Shown here: piece by piece, positions 14,033 to 27,566 of the stretch | How the letters are laid out: every line of letters begins with the position of its first letter | Position numbering within the stretch: the first letter of the stretch is position 1 | Assembly (NCBI GenBank): GCA_951406725.2 | Contig: OX597816.1 | Location: 37,324,001 to 37,388,000 of the forward strand | Length of the DNA: 64,000 nucleotides | Reading direction: 5' to 3' | Origin: Octopus vulgaris | Lineage: Eukaryota | The notes under the pieces: generated by a model | Databases searched by the model: none | What the model was told of the DNA's origin: nothing | Seen by the model: only the letters and a program-made list of their open reading frames with translations | Program-made: the position numbers and the translations under genes

Positions 14033-14235
14033 AATAGCCAATCCAAACAAGAACAAGCGAGAAAAAACAACAACGTCAGGAAGTGGAATAAGTACAGCGT
14101 TATTCGACACTCAGGAAAGGAAAGAAAAGAAAGAGGATTTCACGTTTCGAGCGGAGCTCTTCGTCAGAAAAATAGGAAAAGTTCAAAAAAGGGAAGACGG
14201 AGAAAGAAAATTGCCAACAATACACACGCGGTCAC
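14032..14235 (-). mobile_element. Penelope-like pLTR fragment with minimal hammerhead-like motif
   Basis: Paralog of 3305-3500; minus strand TTT-CTGACGA-A-GAGC-TCC-GCTC-GAAAC-GTG-AAA; flanked by TA-rich repeats. Confidence 0.55.
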
Positions 14236-14383
14236 ATATATTTGCTTATGTATATATATGTATATATACATACATATATTTATGTATATATATATATATA
14301 CATATATATGTATATATATATGTACATATATGCATATGTACATATATATATGTATATCTATCTATCTATATATATACACACAC

Positions 14384-14438
<55 letters not shown>

Positions 14439-14609
14439 GCCGGCCAGAATGCTAGAAGAAGATCTGCAGTCCTTCGCTTCAGGAGTCTCTCAGCGCGCCA
14501 GAAGCAAGACATTTGAAATTTTATTCCCGATGTAATCAGTAAGACTAAGCACGTGTATGTCTTGACACAGAGAGCTGGGGTTAGTCTTGCGGTTTGCATC
14601 TCGAGGACC

Positions 14610-14687
14610 GAATGTACTGAAGAAGTCACGGACACTTGAATTATGCAAGTAATTCTTTTGTTAAGACCGAAACCGAGGTATGCATTT
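14610..14687 (+). ncRNA. Type I hammerhead ribozyme motif (copy 1)
   Basis: Stem I GAATGTA/TGCATTT, core CTGAAGA (14617-14623), helix II GTC/GAC with internal ACTTG/CAAGT hairpin, GAAA (14669-14672), helix III ACC-GA-GGT, cleavage triplet GUA (after 14680). Confidence 0.65.
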
Positions 14688-15155
14688 AAGTCTGTTATTT
14701 ATTTAATTTTTCATATGTCCTGCCCGCCAAAGTTGGTTCTGGTGTTCGCTGAATTCTTCCTCTAGAGAACTTCCCTTGTAGTTTGATCGTTGATGATCTT
14801 CTTCTAGCATTCTGGCCGGCTACCTAGCAGGCCAGCCCTGCCAATATACACATATATTTGAATTTTCTCTGACTCCTCAGATTTTTTGAATGCTGGACTA
14901 CTGGTTTTAAATTGATATTAAAATTAATATTAATTTATCTCCCTCAATTTTTAAATATTTAAATAAATACGTTCCCTAGTTGTAAGCACTATCCGCAGTG
15001 AATTATTCACTGCAGTCCTTCGCTTCAGGAGTCTCTCAGCGCGCCAGAACCAAGACATTTGAAATTTTATTCCCGATGTAATCAGTAAGACTAAGCACGT
15101 GTATGTCTTGACACAGAGAGCTGGGGTTAGTCTTGCGGTTTGCATCTCGAGGACC

Positions 15156-15233
15156 GAATGTACTGAAGAAGTCACGGACACTTGAATTATGCAAGTAATT
15201 CTTTTGTTAAGACCGAAACCGAGGTATGCATTT
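15156..15233 (+). ncRNA. Type I hammerhead ribozyme motif (copy 2)
   Basis: Identical to copy 1, shifted by 546 bp; GUA ends at 15226. Confidence 0.65.
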
Positions 15234-15499
15234 AAGTCTGTTATTTATTTAATTTTTCATATGTCCTGCCCGCCAAAGTTGGTTCTGGTGTTCGCTGAAT
15301 TCTTCCTCTAGAGAACTTCCCTTGTAGTTTGATCGTTGATGATCTTCTTCTAGCATTCTGGCCGGCTACCTAGCAGGCCAGCCCTGCCAATATACACATA
15401 TATTTGAATTTTCTCTGACTCCTCAGATTTTTTGAATGCTGGACTACTGGTTTTAAATTGATATTAAAATTAATATTAATTTATCTCCCTCAATTTTTA

Positions 15500-15580
<81 letters not shown>

Positions 15581-15596
15581 TGTACGTTTATATATA

Positions 15597-15972
15597 CAGT
15601 GTGCACTGAATAAACTGTCGTCTAAATTACGCGCAAATGAAAATGACAGACATCCCATTTTGACACATATATTTACCAAAATTACATAAAAATATCTTGA
15701 AATATTAAAGAGTAAATTTATTCAATAAAATTGCCATTGGCTTCAACCACGGCCTCCAGACGACTTTGGAATCTCCTGCAACTCTTCTAGACGGTCTCCT
15801 TGTTTAGGTTGGTAAATGCTGCCATAGTCCTTGCCTTCAGTCCATCCTTACAAGGAGTCTCGTTGGTCTCTTGCTGAATTGCGCCCCACACATAATAATC
15901 AAGGAGTTTGCAGTCTGGGGAGTTGAGTAGCCACGTGTTAGGAGTGATGTGGCCGCACAAAGTGTCTGGCAG
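15597..15972 (-). mobile_element. Tc1/mariner-superfamily transposon, 3' end fragment
   Basis: Minus strand translates to NSPDCKLLDYYVWGA..LKARTMAAFTNLNKETV..SRLEAVVEANGNFIE*; ends at a CAGTG terminus next to TA. Confidence 0.75.
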
Positions 15973-16175
15973 TCATGGCAGGATTTTTTTTTTGCATAGG
16001 TGAAAAAAGGCTGTAACAGTGGTCATTAGCGGGGCAGCTGCTTCTTGAATGAGGTTGTCTTCTGTGAAGTAAATTCGCTGCCTATTTTCCAAATCAACGC
16101 TGATATGAATCACAGGAGGGTATCTTTCGTGAATTGGGAATCCTAAGGTTCTCCATATGGCTTCATTTGGGGGTG
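15973..16175 (-). mobile_element. Helitron RepHel coding fragment
   Basis: NEAIWRTLGFPIHERYPPVIHISVDLENRQRIYFTEDN..TTVTAFF matches the conserved EAxWRIxxFPIHERxPxVxxLxVHLENGQRVYF segment of Helitron RepHel proteins. Confidence 0.8.
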
Positions 16176-16899
16176 GAAGCAAGTCGGCGGGTGTCGACTT
16201 TACTTTTCATCCTTTCGGGTTCATTATAGTTTATATGATATAAATTTGTTTATTTGTATTAAGTACAGAAATACTTGGTATTAAGTACAGAAATACTTTA
16301 AGTAGAGCCGTCAATTTGGCACAATTTCTGCATTTGATAACCTTTCCCTCTGTTTAAAATGATTTTCGTAACTATCACATTGCTAATAATGTATTATGTC
16401 ATGGAACTAGACTAAAAGGTCATTGTTTAAAGAAAATAGTCCAATATACTACATGAACTCTTATGATCGAATAATCGGAACAGAAGTAGTATTTAAGTTG
16501 GCGCTTCAGGTTGTGTAGCTAAAATGGCCAAATATACTCACATTTGTAATACATGCAAGTACATATTTGATGCATCATTATCTAAAATATTTTAATTATT
16601 ATAGCAATAATCTAATAGTTTGTTAATGTAATTAATTTAATTCAAAATAGACTCAACTTCTAGAAAGTAATTTCAGAAATAGAAATACTGTTATTAAAAC
16701 TGAAAATGGGGAAGAAAAAAAACTATGAAATAATTGTAAAGAGTTGGAAGTTATTTTTATCACATTTCATGATACTCACTTCGTTTTAATTAAGGTGGCA
16801 GAAATTAAGCTTTCTCTCCGGAAATTGAATTACAAAATATGGAAAGTGAACAACATATAGAACAATAATATTAATGACGGCAGTAATGACGATAATAAA

Positions 16900-16906
16900 A
16901 ATAATG

Positions 16907-16994
<88 letters not shown>

Positions 16995-17008
16995 TGATGA
17001 TGATGATG

Positions 17009-17106
<98 letters not shown>
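16900..17106. repeat. (AAT)n/(GAT)n microsatellite
   Basis: Seen directly. Confidence 0.95.
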
Positions 17107-17369
17107 CCCTCTAGTGAGGATAATTAGAATTATATTCATGAGGTTGATGATGTTACTGCTTCGGCAACGGCTAGTGATTCTTACAGTGACAAGAATATTC
17201 CTCTAGAAATGTAATTATTTTCAATATTTCTTCAAAATGTATTACTTTGAGCCAATGCTAAATGAACATGGAAAAATTATTAACTCTAATTAAATTCTTA
17301 ATATTATTTTCAAAATTCTGACTTTGAAATTACAATTTTCTGGAAGCAAATACAAACCTCCTCCTTCTT

Positions 17370-17454
<85 letters not shown>

Positions 17455-18689
17455 CAATCACTTTCTCTCTCTTTTTTTCTCTATCTCTCACTTTCTTTCT
17501 CCCCTCACACACGCACAAACATACATACCTATGTATGTATGTATGTATGTATGTATGCATGCATGCATGTATGTATGTCTGTATGTATGTATGTACGTAC
17601 CTATGTATGTATGTGTGTGTACGTACGTACGTATGTACGTATGTATGTAGGTAGGTATGTCAGGTGTATCAGGTCACTTGTAAAGTCTCTGATGAGTACT
17701 ACTGGTAACAAGTACAATCTGTTGCATTGTCGGGCCGTTGGCAACTATACCAACATCCCACCCGGTTAGCCTAATAAGGAGGGTTGCTAGGAATCCAGGA
17801 CTAACATCGAAACCTATCAAAAGGATGGATGAACTCAGTGCGAGTTCAACAACTATCTAACAAGAGCACTCAGAAATTCCGGGTTGGTGTCAAACGTAGT
17901 GGGAGATCGCTTGGAGTGAGGCACCTCACAGCTTTTGTTAAAGCATGAGTTAGGTAATGGTCACTTTGCTATAAAACCAGTTATGCAGGGAATGGTATTG
18001 GACATTTTATGCTTGTGCTTGATATCATGGCACTTCCACATTTCTGGCCCTGGGATTTATATTGAGACTAGATATTTTTCTTCGGTTTATCTCTGGATTG
18101 TGTCAATAGGGTGGAAAGCTTACGTGAGTGGTCGTGCAAAATTTGCACAGGAATTGCTCTGTCGGTGATGTTCATAATCGACTACGATTTAACAGCCATG
18201 TATGATAGCTTCTACTGTCGATTTGGATATATGAAGGAACAACCTTCTCATTGAATTAACAAGTTAAGGGCTGAGTATTTCATAGGTACTTGGGCCCTTA
18301 ACGAAATTCTTTTGTAGATCCGGCGTGACGCAGTGTGACGAGGCTTTACTTTGAAATTACAGATACGGTCTATTCGACGACCTTCTCGTTTCCGTTTTAG
18401 CAATTTTTTTCACAAAGCTGATTCAGCTCGATATCTCCCCCAAACTGCCACCCAGTGGTATCGAACCCGGGGCCTTTTAATTAAAAAGCGAACTTCTTAA
18501 TCATCCAACCATAACTACACCCGCACAAATACACTCACACACACACACACATTGACAAATATACGAGTGTCTATTTTTTCTGACGTATGGATTCTTAGAC
18601 GATTCTCTGTACATGTATGTATGTGTGCGCGCGTGAGTTTGTATGTGTGCGTATTTACCTGCTCTATTCCCTACGCCCAATGACGTATG

Positions 18690-18905
18690 TTTGTCTTTGT
18701 GTTTGTGTTTGCCTACCACCACCGATCGACAACCGGGCTTGGTTTGTCTATGTTCCCGGTATCTTGCGGTTCGGAAACAAAGCCACAGATAGAATAATTA
18801 CCAGGCTTAAAAATGAATAATGGGGTCTATTTGTTTGACTAAGTATTTTAAGGCAATGCCTCAATATGGCCGCCATCCAAAGGCTGAAATATGTAAAATG
18901 TAAAA
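18690..18905 (+). mobile_element. SINE family A, degenerate 3' half
   Basis: GCGGTTCGG..ATAGAATAA..CCAGGCTTA..GCTGAAA, similar to the 3' parts of other family A copies. Confidence 0.6.
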
Positions 18906-20412
18906 AATACGAGCCACCTAATGTTATTCCGGAATGTGTTCGACATATTGGCATAACTTGTGGAAATCCTGTAAATCCTTTACAGGGACATGAAAACCCA
19001 GATGTTAGTGCATTTGGTACTCTGTGGAGAAACTTGTACAATTGACCTTTAATTTGTGTGAAATATTTATCTCTCTTGAAATGATATGTGAATAGAACAA
19101 AGAAATGTTGTGTTACAAAGCAGTTAAGTATTGTGAGTTTCATTTCCTTGCATTTCACTATATTTTGTTTAGAGATCTATCGATTCAGCTATACACCACA
19201 CTCCTTGTCAGATATATATGTGAACCTACCCTTCTTTCAGGAACTGTGTTGCCTTAGTTCCAGTATGCCTACGCATATATTTAGATGTGACAGCTCTTAT
19301 AGCCAACACACCATCCGGCGGAAATGTACGTGAGAGGACTTCAAGTTCTGTTCAGTCAATAACAAGAATATATTATATGTGTGTATGTGTGCGTATGGTT
19401 GTATGTGTATGCATTTGTGAGTACATTATTATGCCTCTAAGTCCTTGTCATTTTTGTGCACGCATGTTTGCTTTATGATCTTACTTTGAGCATAAGGTAG
19501 GAGCTATATGTCACAGGAATCAACGTTTCTGGGAATCCACACTTCTAAGAACATTTTTAGTATACATGATCTTTCCTTAAATTACTAATTTACAAGGGTC
19601 ATTAACACTATTATTTGCCACCACGTACCTTAGCTACTAAGACTAGAAAAAAGTATTATTTTCGGAAGAGACTAAATGATGTTCAGTGGTTTTTACACTC
19701 AGTTCCATCCCTACTAGTATCAGTCCTCCTCTTCTTTACTTTCAACAACAGAACATCCTTTTAGCTGATTCTGAACATATTTTCTTTAAATACGCAATCT
19801 CGCTCGTGCACACGTAGCCATACAAAAATATACACTTTTTCAAGAGATATCAATTAAAATGACAGTCAGTATGAATCAAGGATCAAAGTAACATTCAGTT
19901 TGAGACACAGGTCGCTATAACCTTAAGATCAAAACAATATGAAAACTAAAGCTACGCAAAGCAACTCTATAATCAATGAAACTCCAAAGTGTATACAGCG
20001 CAATAGCAATAACGATATTAATAAGCAGCAAATCATACAGTTTAATTATAAAGTTTATGCATCAATTCAAATCACTAGTCTATACGTAACTTGAAAAGGC
20101 ATTCTCCTTCAGCTTGCTGGAAACTACCAGCTGAGAATTTATAGGATTTTCGCTTCCTTCTCCACAGGGAAAGATCAGTATCCATAGAGTGTATAATTCT
20201 TGTAGCGGACGTATGAAAATAGGATGAATACGGTGTATGTGTGATGCGGTGGTAATGGGTGATTATCAATTGTGTGCTTAAGAATAGTCGTTTGTGTTTC
20301 AATTCGGTGATATCATGAGGTATACTAATTATATCTTATAATACAAGGGTGAAGTACAAGGTTATTATTATTATCATCATCATCACATCATCATCATCTT
20401 CATCATCATACT

Positions 20413-21745
20413 TTTTTGTTGGAACCCCTGGAGTTTTGCATGCGTAATGGGCTTACTGCCTACAGCTTACATTCTATCTGTTCTTTTCAAATGTCTTATA
20501 CTTTCCTGGTTATTCTAGCTGTGCCAAGAAGGTAACCTTTTGTAACAGCTCTGCTGGTTATTCTATTCCGATTTCCTTTATATTCCTCCTGATGCCTTCT
20601 GATACTGTCCACAAGGACCCAACAATAATTGGCACTGTCTTCACCTTCACGGTCTATTTCGAACTTAAGAGGGTGAATATATTTATTTTTTCGCCTTCCT
20701 TTTAATTATTTGTGGGTCAAAGGAGCACGCAACATTCAACTATATAGTACATGTGGTGCACCTTGTCCACCACCGGTTTGTTATGCTGGAGCACCTGACC
20801 TGTTTGAATTAGGAAACCCCATAGGATCTTGCAGGTCTCCGACTTCACCTCTCCTTGAGGTTTTTGCTCATACCACATTTTGCCTCTCTCTAGACCCTAC
20901 TTTTCGCAGAGTTTCCAATGAAGCGCTTTCGCAACCTTATCGTGTCGTCACAACTTGTACTGATTGGGGCAAGTCTAGGGCATTCGTTCACAATATGGGC
21001 AATGGTTTTGTCCATTCTATAACAAATGAGGCACAGTGAAACACTTACTCATTCCTAAGATTGACCCTCCAATTTGTGACCAAAGATTGGCCTTGCGCTG
21101 CCAGTATGGTGCTCTCAATCTTTTTTTTTCTTTTTTAGTGCTCCTTTCTTCAGTTAGTCCCACCTATTTTCCAGCAACTTCAGTTGTGGCTACATGGGAT
21201 TGATTGTGTAACCCCTTGTTACGTAATGCTTCTTCATGTCCTTTTTGTATTTCCTGCTTTGTTTTTCCCTTTTCGTCTGTTTTTAATACTCCCTCATGCC
21301 TAAATGACACTAGCAAGATTTCCTTACTTTGGGATAGGTATCTCAGTAAACTCCCTAGTTCGATTCGTACGCAGTCTTCCACACATATCAGTCCCCTTCT
21401 TCCATTTGTTCTTTTCATGTATAGGCGATCAGTGTCTGCTCGTGGACGATGGGCTCTATGCATCGTTAAGAGCTTTCTTGTCTTCCTGTTCAAATCCTTT
21501 AGCTCTTCCTCTGTCCACTTCAGAATTCCAGCGCCATACCGAACTACTGTGACTGCGCACAAGTTCATTACCAAACTTATGTTTCTGACATTCAGCTTTA
21601 ATATTTAATATTTTTCTCACTCGCTGCAAGTCCGCTTTCTTTGTCCTTTCTTTCATATCATAGTGTTTAATTCCATCTGCCTCGCGTTTTCCCAGGTATT
21701 TATATCCGGATTCATGTTCAATTGCCTTCATCTTTTCACCACTAG
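20413..21745 (-). mobile_element. R4/Dong-type LINE fragment (RT C-terminus to RLE)
   Basis: GYKYLG..KILNIK, RYGAGILKWTEEELKDLNRKTRKLLTMH..HRPRADTDRLY; 3' end runs into (CAT)n/(TAT)n. Confidence 0.8.
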
Positions 21746-21759
21746 GTATGTATGTCAGG

Positions 21760-22482
21760 TATATCAGGAAAGCTTGGGGAGGAGATGTGGCGGGGGCAGC
21801 AGCGAAATATCTTCATGTAACACAATACATACATTTAAATTGATAAGGTTTTTCTAAGGATGTGGGCAGTACTTGTCAGCACAATTTCTCTGAGACATGG
21901 TTCTCCTGGGATATTATCTAGATATTATCTGAAGCACACACAATAACAGAAACAGTTCTCACTTTAAGATGCCACATCTTTTGTATTTCAGTCTCCAGGC
22001 CCTTATATTTACTTAATTAGTCAAATTCTTTTACAGATATATTTTTACCAGTAGGGACACTTACAGCTATTAGTCTACAAGTATTTCCTACTCAGTCTTT
22101 AATAACTATGTCTGGTCGATTAGCCTGAATCGTTCTGTCACTGTTGACTGGAAAATCCCAGAGGATAGTAACATTTTTACCTTCAACGACTCGCTCAGGG
22201 TGATACTCATACCAGTAAGAAGGTGTGATGATTTTGTACTGTTTACATATTTTCCAATGTAAATATTATCCTACCCTATCGCGGCGATTTTTGCATTCTT
22301 CTAGTGTCAGCATAGAACGTAACGATGCGTGATGGTATATTGTTTCATCAAATTCATCACAGAATCAGCATTTAGGGTCAGAAACGTTTGGAAGAACGTT
22401 AGCCTAGTAGTTTTTGGTAAACAAGCTTTGATCTTGCACCGCCAATATCAAACCCTCAGTCTCTGCTTTCAGTCCTGAGCCT
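21760..22482 (-). mobile_element. R4/Dong-type LINE 3' fragment (CCHC + RLE)
   Basis: Minus strand SGLKAETEGLILAVQDQ..DPKC..FC..TILWDFPV..IQANRPDIVIKD; adjacent to (TAT)n/(CAT)n. Confidence 0.8.
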
Positions 22483-22497
22483 TTTATTATTATTATT

Positions 22498-22544
<47 letters not shown>

Positions 22545-22624
22545 TATCATCATCATTGCCTTAGCACAGCTTCTAACGCTGGAGATGTATTACGGTGTCA
22601 GATGTTCACTATCTCATGGTCGCA

Positions 22625-24254
22625 CTGAATCATAAAATCCCATAGGATCTTTGCATTTCTATTTTCGACGATGCCTTCAGGTTTGTAGTAGTACCAATTT
22701 TTTGCTCTGTCAAGTCCATACTTGTTGCAAAGTGTTCAATGGGCATGCCTACCTATATTGTCGTGGCGTCTCTTATATTCCTTTTGGGCTAGTGGCGTAC
22801 AGTGGCTGGCAATATGCCATATAGTTTCACCATTTTGTCCACAGATTCTGCACTTATCACTTTCTGCTATGTTGTCTATTCTGTATTTTATGTAGTTTGT
22901 TCTTAGTGCTTGCTCTTGGGCAGCACAAATTAGAGCGTCCGTTTCCAGTTTTAAATCACTTTTAGGCATCCACAACCAACTTTTTGTCTGTCTGTCTTAT
23001 CTTCAACATCCCTATGAAGTTGACCATGCATTATTTTCTTTATCCGCCTATTTTCAGTTTCATTCGTTATTAATTTCTTGTATAGTGCTTTATCTTTGCA
23101 ATCTTTCATGCTATACAAGCCTGGCCTTCTTACTGTTAATAATAGCGGTCCTGTAGCATTTTGTTTTCATACCATGCTATGTTGTTTTCTTCTGCTCTAA
23201 TACTGTGTTCGCATCCAATTAGTCCTCTTCCCCCTCTTTTTCTTGGTACATACAGTTTGTCTGTGTGACTTTTTGGGCGGAGTGACCCATATTTAGTCAG
23301 TAACTTTCTTGTCTTTCTGTCTAAGCTGTTTACTTCGCCTACTGTCCATGCGATTACCCCTGCTCTGTATCTAAGGAGTGAAACCGCCCAGGTGTTGATA
23401 GCTTCAATCTTAACTTCGACTTAAGGATCGGTCTCAGTCTGCGGAAGTACTCCACCTTAAATTTTTCTGTCATTTCTTTCTCCATCAATTTATCCATTTC
23501 CAATATCCCCAAGTATTTATAGCCCGTCTCTTCTATCTGCATCATAACTTCCCCTGACGGTATCGTTAACCCGTCCATACATTTGATTTTGCCTCTCTTC
23601 AAAACTAACACACCACACTTTTTCAGTCCGAACTCCATTCTGATATCAGCACTGAAGCTATACACCGTATCAACGAGGGAACTGACTTAGGATTCATCTT
23701 TATCATAAAGTTTGAGGTCATCCGTGAATAACAAATGGTTGACTTTTTGTTGGCGGCTTTTGAATACATATCAAGCTTTTGCTTTCCTCACAATCAGTGT
23801 TAGTGGTATGAAGCACAGTATAAAGATCAGTGGGGACAAGCAGTTCCCTTGGAAGGTGCACCTCCTAATTTCTACTGTCCCTAAACTTCTTCCATGTGCT
23901 GTCAGGTCCGTCCTCTACTTCGCCATACTCTTTCCAAGCAATCACTCAACATTCGATGCAATACCAAATAGGTTCATACACTCCATAATCCAAGAATGTG
24001 GGATCATATCGTACGCCTTACGATAATCGATCCATGACATGGCTAAGTTAGTTTTCCTCCTCTTGCAGTCTCTAAAGTACAGTTTTGTCTATCAGGAGTT
24101 GATCCTTGGTACCTCTACATTTACGCTTGCAATCCTTCTGCTCATGTGGCAGGACTCCATTTTTTCCAGATGTTCGTATATTGATTCTGCGAGAATTCCA
24201 GTCAGTAACTTCCACATAAGTGGTAAACAGGATATCGGACTATAATTGTTGGCC

Positions 24255-24255
<1 letters not shown>
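22625..24255 (-). mobile_element. R4/Dong-type LINE fragment (RT + CCHC knuckle)
   Basis: YSFSADIRMEFGLKKC..YKYLG and ETDALICAAQEQALRTNY..CRICG..HIASHC..YKRRHD; bounded by (CAT)n and (TAT)n. Confidence 0.85.
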
Positions 24256-24318
<63 letters not shown>

Positions 24319-24668
24319 GAGTGAGAGAGCAGTGCATGCCATCAAAGTGACACTAGAGTAAGATATATTCGAAGCCCAGTATACCCATCATGACCATCCG
24401 TCTCATAAGGGTACAACAGGCACATGCATCACAACCAAATGTGCGCGACATGGTGATCTCATATCAAGATAAACAGCACCTGACCTTGCAGGTGGGGTTC
24501 AGTTAGAATTTTTTTATGGTCGAGTAGCCCATCCCACTCAAAAGGTCCCTGAATAGGGGTTGTTTAAGGATGTTGAACGAAACACTCATGTTTTCAGAGG
24601 TGAATCATTCAAACCCCAAAGAATCCCTCTCAACACACGGCTATGATGCTCCCCCACTACTTCTGCTT
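24319..24668 (-). mobile_element. Interspersed repeat ending in (AAT)n, probable LINE 3' UTR or non-autonomous retroelement
   Basis: Clearly homologous to 35724-36070; sits between two (TAT)n tracts. Confidence 0.6.
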
Positions 24669-24718
24669 ATTATTACTACTACTTATTATTACTACTACTA
24701 CTATTATTATTATTATTA

Positions 24719-24764
<46 letters not shown>

Positions 24765-24781
24765 CATCATCATCATTATTA

Positions 24782-24815
<34 letters not shown>

Positions 24816-27044
24816 CATTATTATTTTTCTGGTTTCGGCGTGAACGAACCTGTCAAGGAAATTGGATTATTTCGCAAACATTTAGATCGTCAGGACGTCT
24901 ACTTCTATACGTGAGTTAGACGGGAGATCTGTTATCAAACACAGCTTTAAATTTTTTCTGAAATTTTATTGTGTTTACAATATTTTCAACATGGCTTTCT
25001 CCATAAATGCTGCAGTAAAAGTTAAAAGAACCAAAAGATGTAGCACTAAACACACAATATTGAAATGAAACTGTCATTTAATCTTCGAATGCATGAAAAT
25101 GAATTTTTTTTTTAAATACAGAATTTTTACAAAATTTTTACAGAATTTTTAGAAAAAACCTAAACAAGAAAAATGATAATAAAATAAAACGTTACACTCG
25201 CATGGCAGTCGCAATTTGATATTTGTAAACGCAAATTTGCATAACAAACAAGCAAACGAATCAACAAAAAAAAAACAACACACACACACATTTGTCAAAG
25301 AAAATGAAAGAGCAACATTTATAAATGGTTCCAGTTCAGAAACAGGGAAGGCACTTCCAGTTTTCCTTCTTCCATTGGTGCCACTTCAGACAGATAGGTC
25401 TAGATATAGAGTATCTGGAGGAAAAATGCATATTTTTAGAATAGATGCGTGACAAAGACAAGTGTATCTCTACCCTTGTCCTTTATCGAGCAGCGAGAAA
25501 AAATTCTGTAATTCGAAAGACACAAATTATGTTCTCCTGCAACCGGGTAAAAAAATTGTATAGTCATATGAGGAATTTTCGAAATGGGGACGCGGCAAGC
25601 CGGAAAAAACAAGCGGACCTAGTACGGTACAGGTCAGTTCAGAAACTTGTACCTCAATAAACGTTGCGATGACCTACTACAGTAAAGGAGTTTGGTGACG
25701 ACACTGACTGTTGTCTCCTGATCCATTACTGGGGAGTGTTAAGTAAAAGGGACGCGTCGATTAGTGAAAATATACAGAGGGTCCTTAATGCAGTTTATTT
25801 GCGGACGCGAACACACATATACACACATACGCGCGCCTATGTATGTATGTGTGTGTGCGTAGTGGTGGGGGAGATAAATAATCAATTTTGGCCATTTTCT
25901 TTTTTATGAACATAAAAGAAAAATATATTTTTATACGTTTTCTCTGAATTTTATCAAAAAGCAAGGGAACAAGATTTTTATTTCGGTTTGAGTGTCTGTG
26001 TTTGACTGTGTCTGGGTGTGTTATTTATGTGACACCGAAGTTTTGTCACTCGCTTACTCTGAGTATAGTTTGCTGATTTGTTGACTATCTTTGAAAATAA
26101 TGTAGCAGACTATGAATTTATGCTATAAAAATTTAAGTATGCAAGCGAATTTCCTCTTATTTGGTGAAAATTATAACACAAAAATCTATAAGTTCAGACT
26201 ATAAATATAAAGTAAAAATAATTCGTTATTGCGCACAAAAGAAATTAATGTTGTTTGAATACTGAAAAGATATGAGTTTTTACATACAATGACGAATTTT
26301 CAGAAAGCATAGACAGAAAAGAAAATATATTTTTAATGATTAATAGTTGAAAAGTAGCAATAATTAAAATTTAATAAGGATAATTAGATTTAACAATGCA
26401 ATTAAAGTATAAATGATTTTCCATTTTTTTTTTAATTTGTGCAATTGAAACAGATAGAATGCTAGCAGATAAATATACTTCCGTGTTAAAATTTGTTCAA
26501 GAAATGCTGAAAATTACTTATGAATTGAGAGCAAACCCTACTGATATTAATCGCATTTTTCATCCACCTACCATAGACATGCTAATTTAGTTTTATATGA
26601 AAGTTAATTCATCGGTTCGACTTTTATAGGATTTACTGGTATAGGAAAAACAATCAATGTCATAATAGTAATGGTGAGAGGTAATATTTATCCCTACTCA
26701 AACGCAGATGTTGTGTTAGAACAAGCTATACTGCAGTAGTTGCCATGAGAGAAAATCTCATATTGGCTTTTGGTGCAAAATACACTCTTAGTTACTATAA
26801 TGTTATAATAATGTTATGGCAATGGAATGACAAACATTCTCTCGTCGATTTATTCTCTTATTAAATACGACTGCACGAAGCTGTATATAAACAGAATATT
26901 CAATGCAATTTCAGCTGAGAAAATATAGAATTTGAAGACACACACAGGTACACACATAAACAGAGATAGAGAAGGGGGATTATACAAGATAGATATTTCG
27001 AATCAAGTTGAATTATGAAAGGAAAGATGGATAATTATTCAACA

Positions 27045-27566
27045 GGTGCAGGAGTGGCTGTGTGGTGAGAAGCTTACTTCCCAACCAAATGGTTCTGGGT
27101 TCAGTTTCACAGCGTGGCAGCTTGGGTTGGTGTCTTCTCCAATAGTCTCAGGCCGACCAAAGCCTTGTGAGTGATTTTAGTTGGTGAAAACTGAAAGAAG
27201 CCCGCCGTGTATGTATGTATGTATGTATGTATGTATGTATGTATGTATGTATGTATGTGTGTGTGTATGTATGTATGTATGTATGTATGTATGTATGTAT
27301 GTGTGTATGTATGTATGTGTGTATGTATGTATGTATGTGTGTATGTATGTATGTATGTATGTGTGTTTTTGTGTTTGTGCTTGTTCCACCACCATTATTC
27401 CTTGACAACCGATGTTGGTGTGTTTACGCCCTCATAATCTAGCGGTTCGGCGTATGAGCTCAATAGAATAAGAACCAGGCTTACAAAGAATAAGTCTTGA
27501 AGTCGATTTCTTTGATTAAAAGGCGGTGCTCCAGCAAAGCCTCAGTCAAATGACTAGCAAGTAAAA
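27045..27566 (+). mobile_element. SINE family A with expanded internal (TATG)n
   Basis: A box TGGCTGTGTGG and B-box-like GGTTCAGTTTC; same body and tail as 7683-8085. Confidence 0.85.

Larger units (their letters stand above)
14436..15505 (+). mobile_element. Tandem HHR-containing repeat (retrozyme / Penelope pLTR-like), period 546 bp
   Basis: 14464-14959 matches 15010-15505 (one substitution seen). 14436-14464 is the exact reverse complement of 14795-14823. Both flanks are (TA)n. Confidence 0.75.

Noticed and set aside
17683-17800. CTGATGA-GTAC..GTAC half-hammerhead and a possible HDV-like 5' UTR
   Set aside because: GAAA is missing after helix II, and I could not build a convincing HDV fold.
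25216-25800. Non-repetitive-looking segment with short ORFs, possible host exon or promoter
   Set aside because: No recognisable protein motif or supported splice structure; needs conservation or RNA data.
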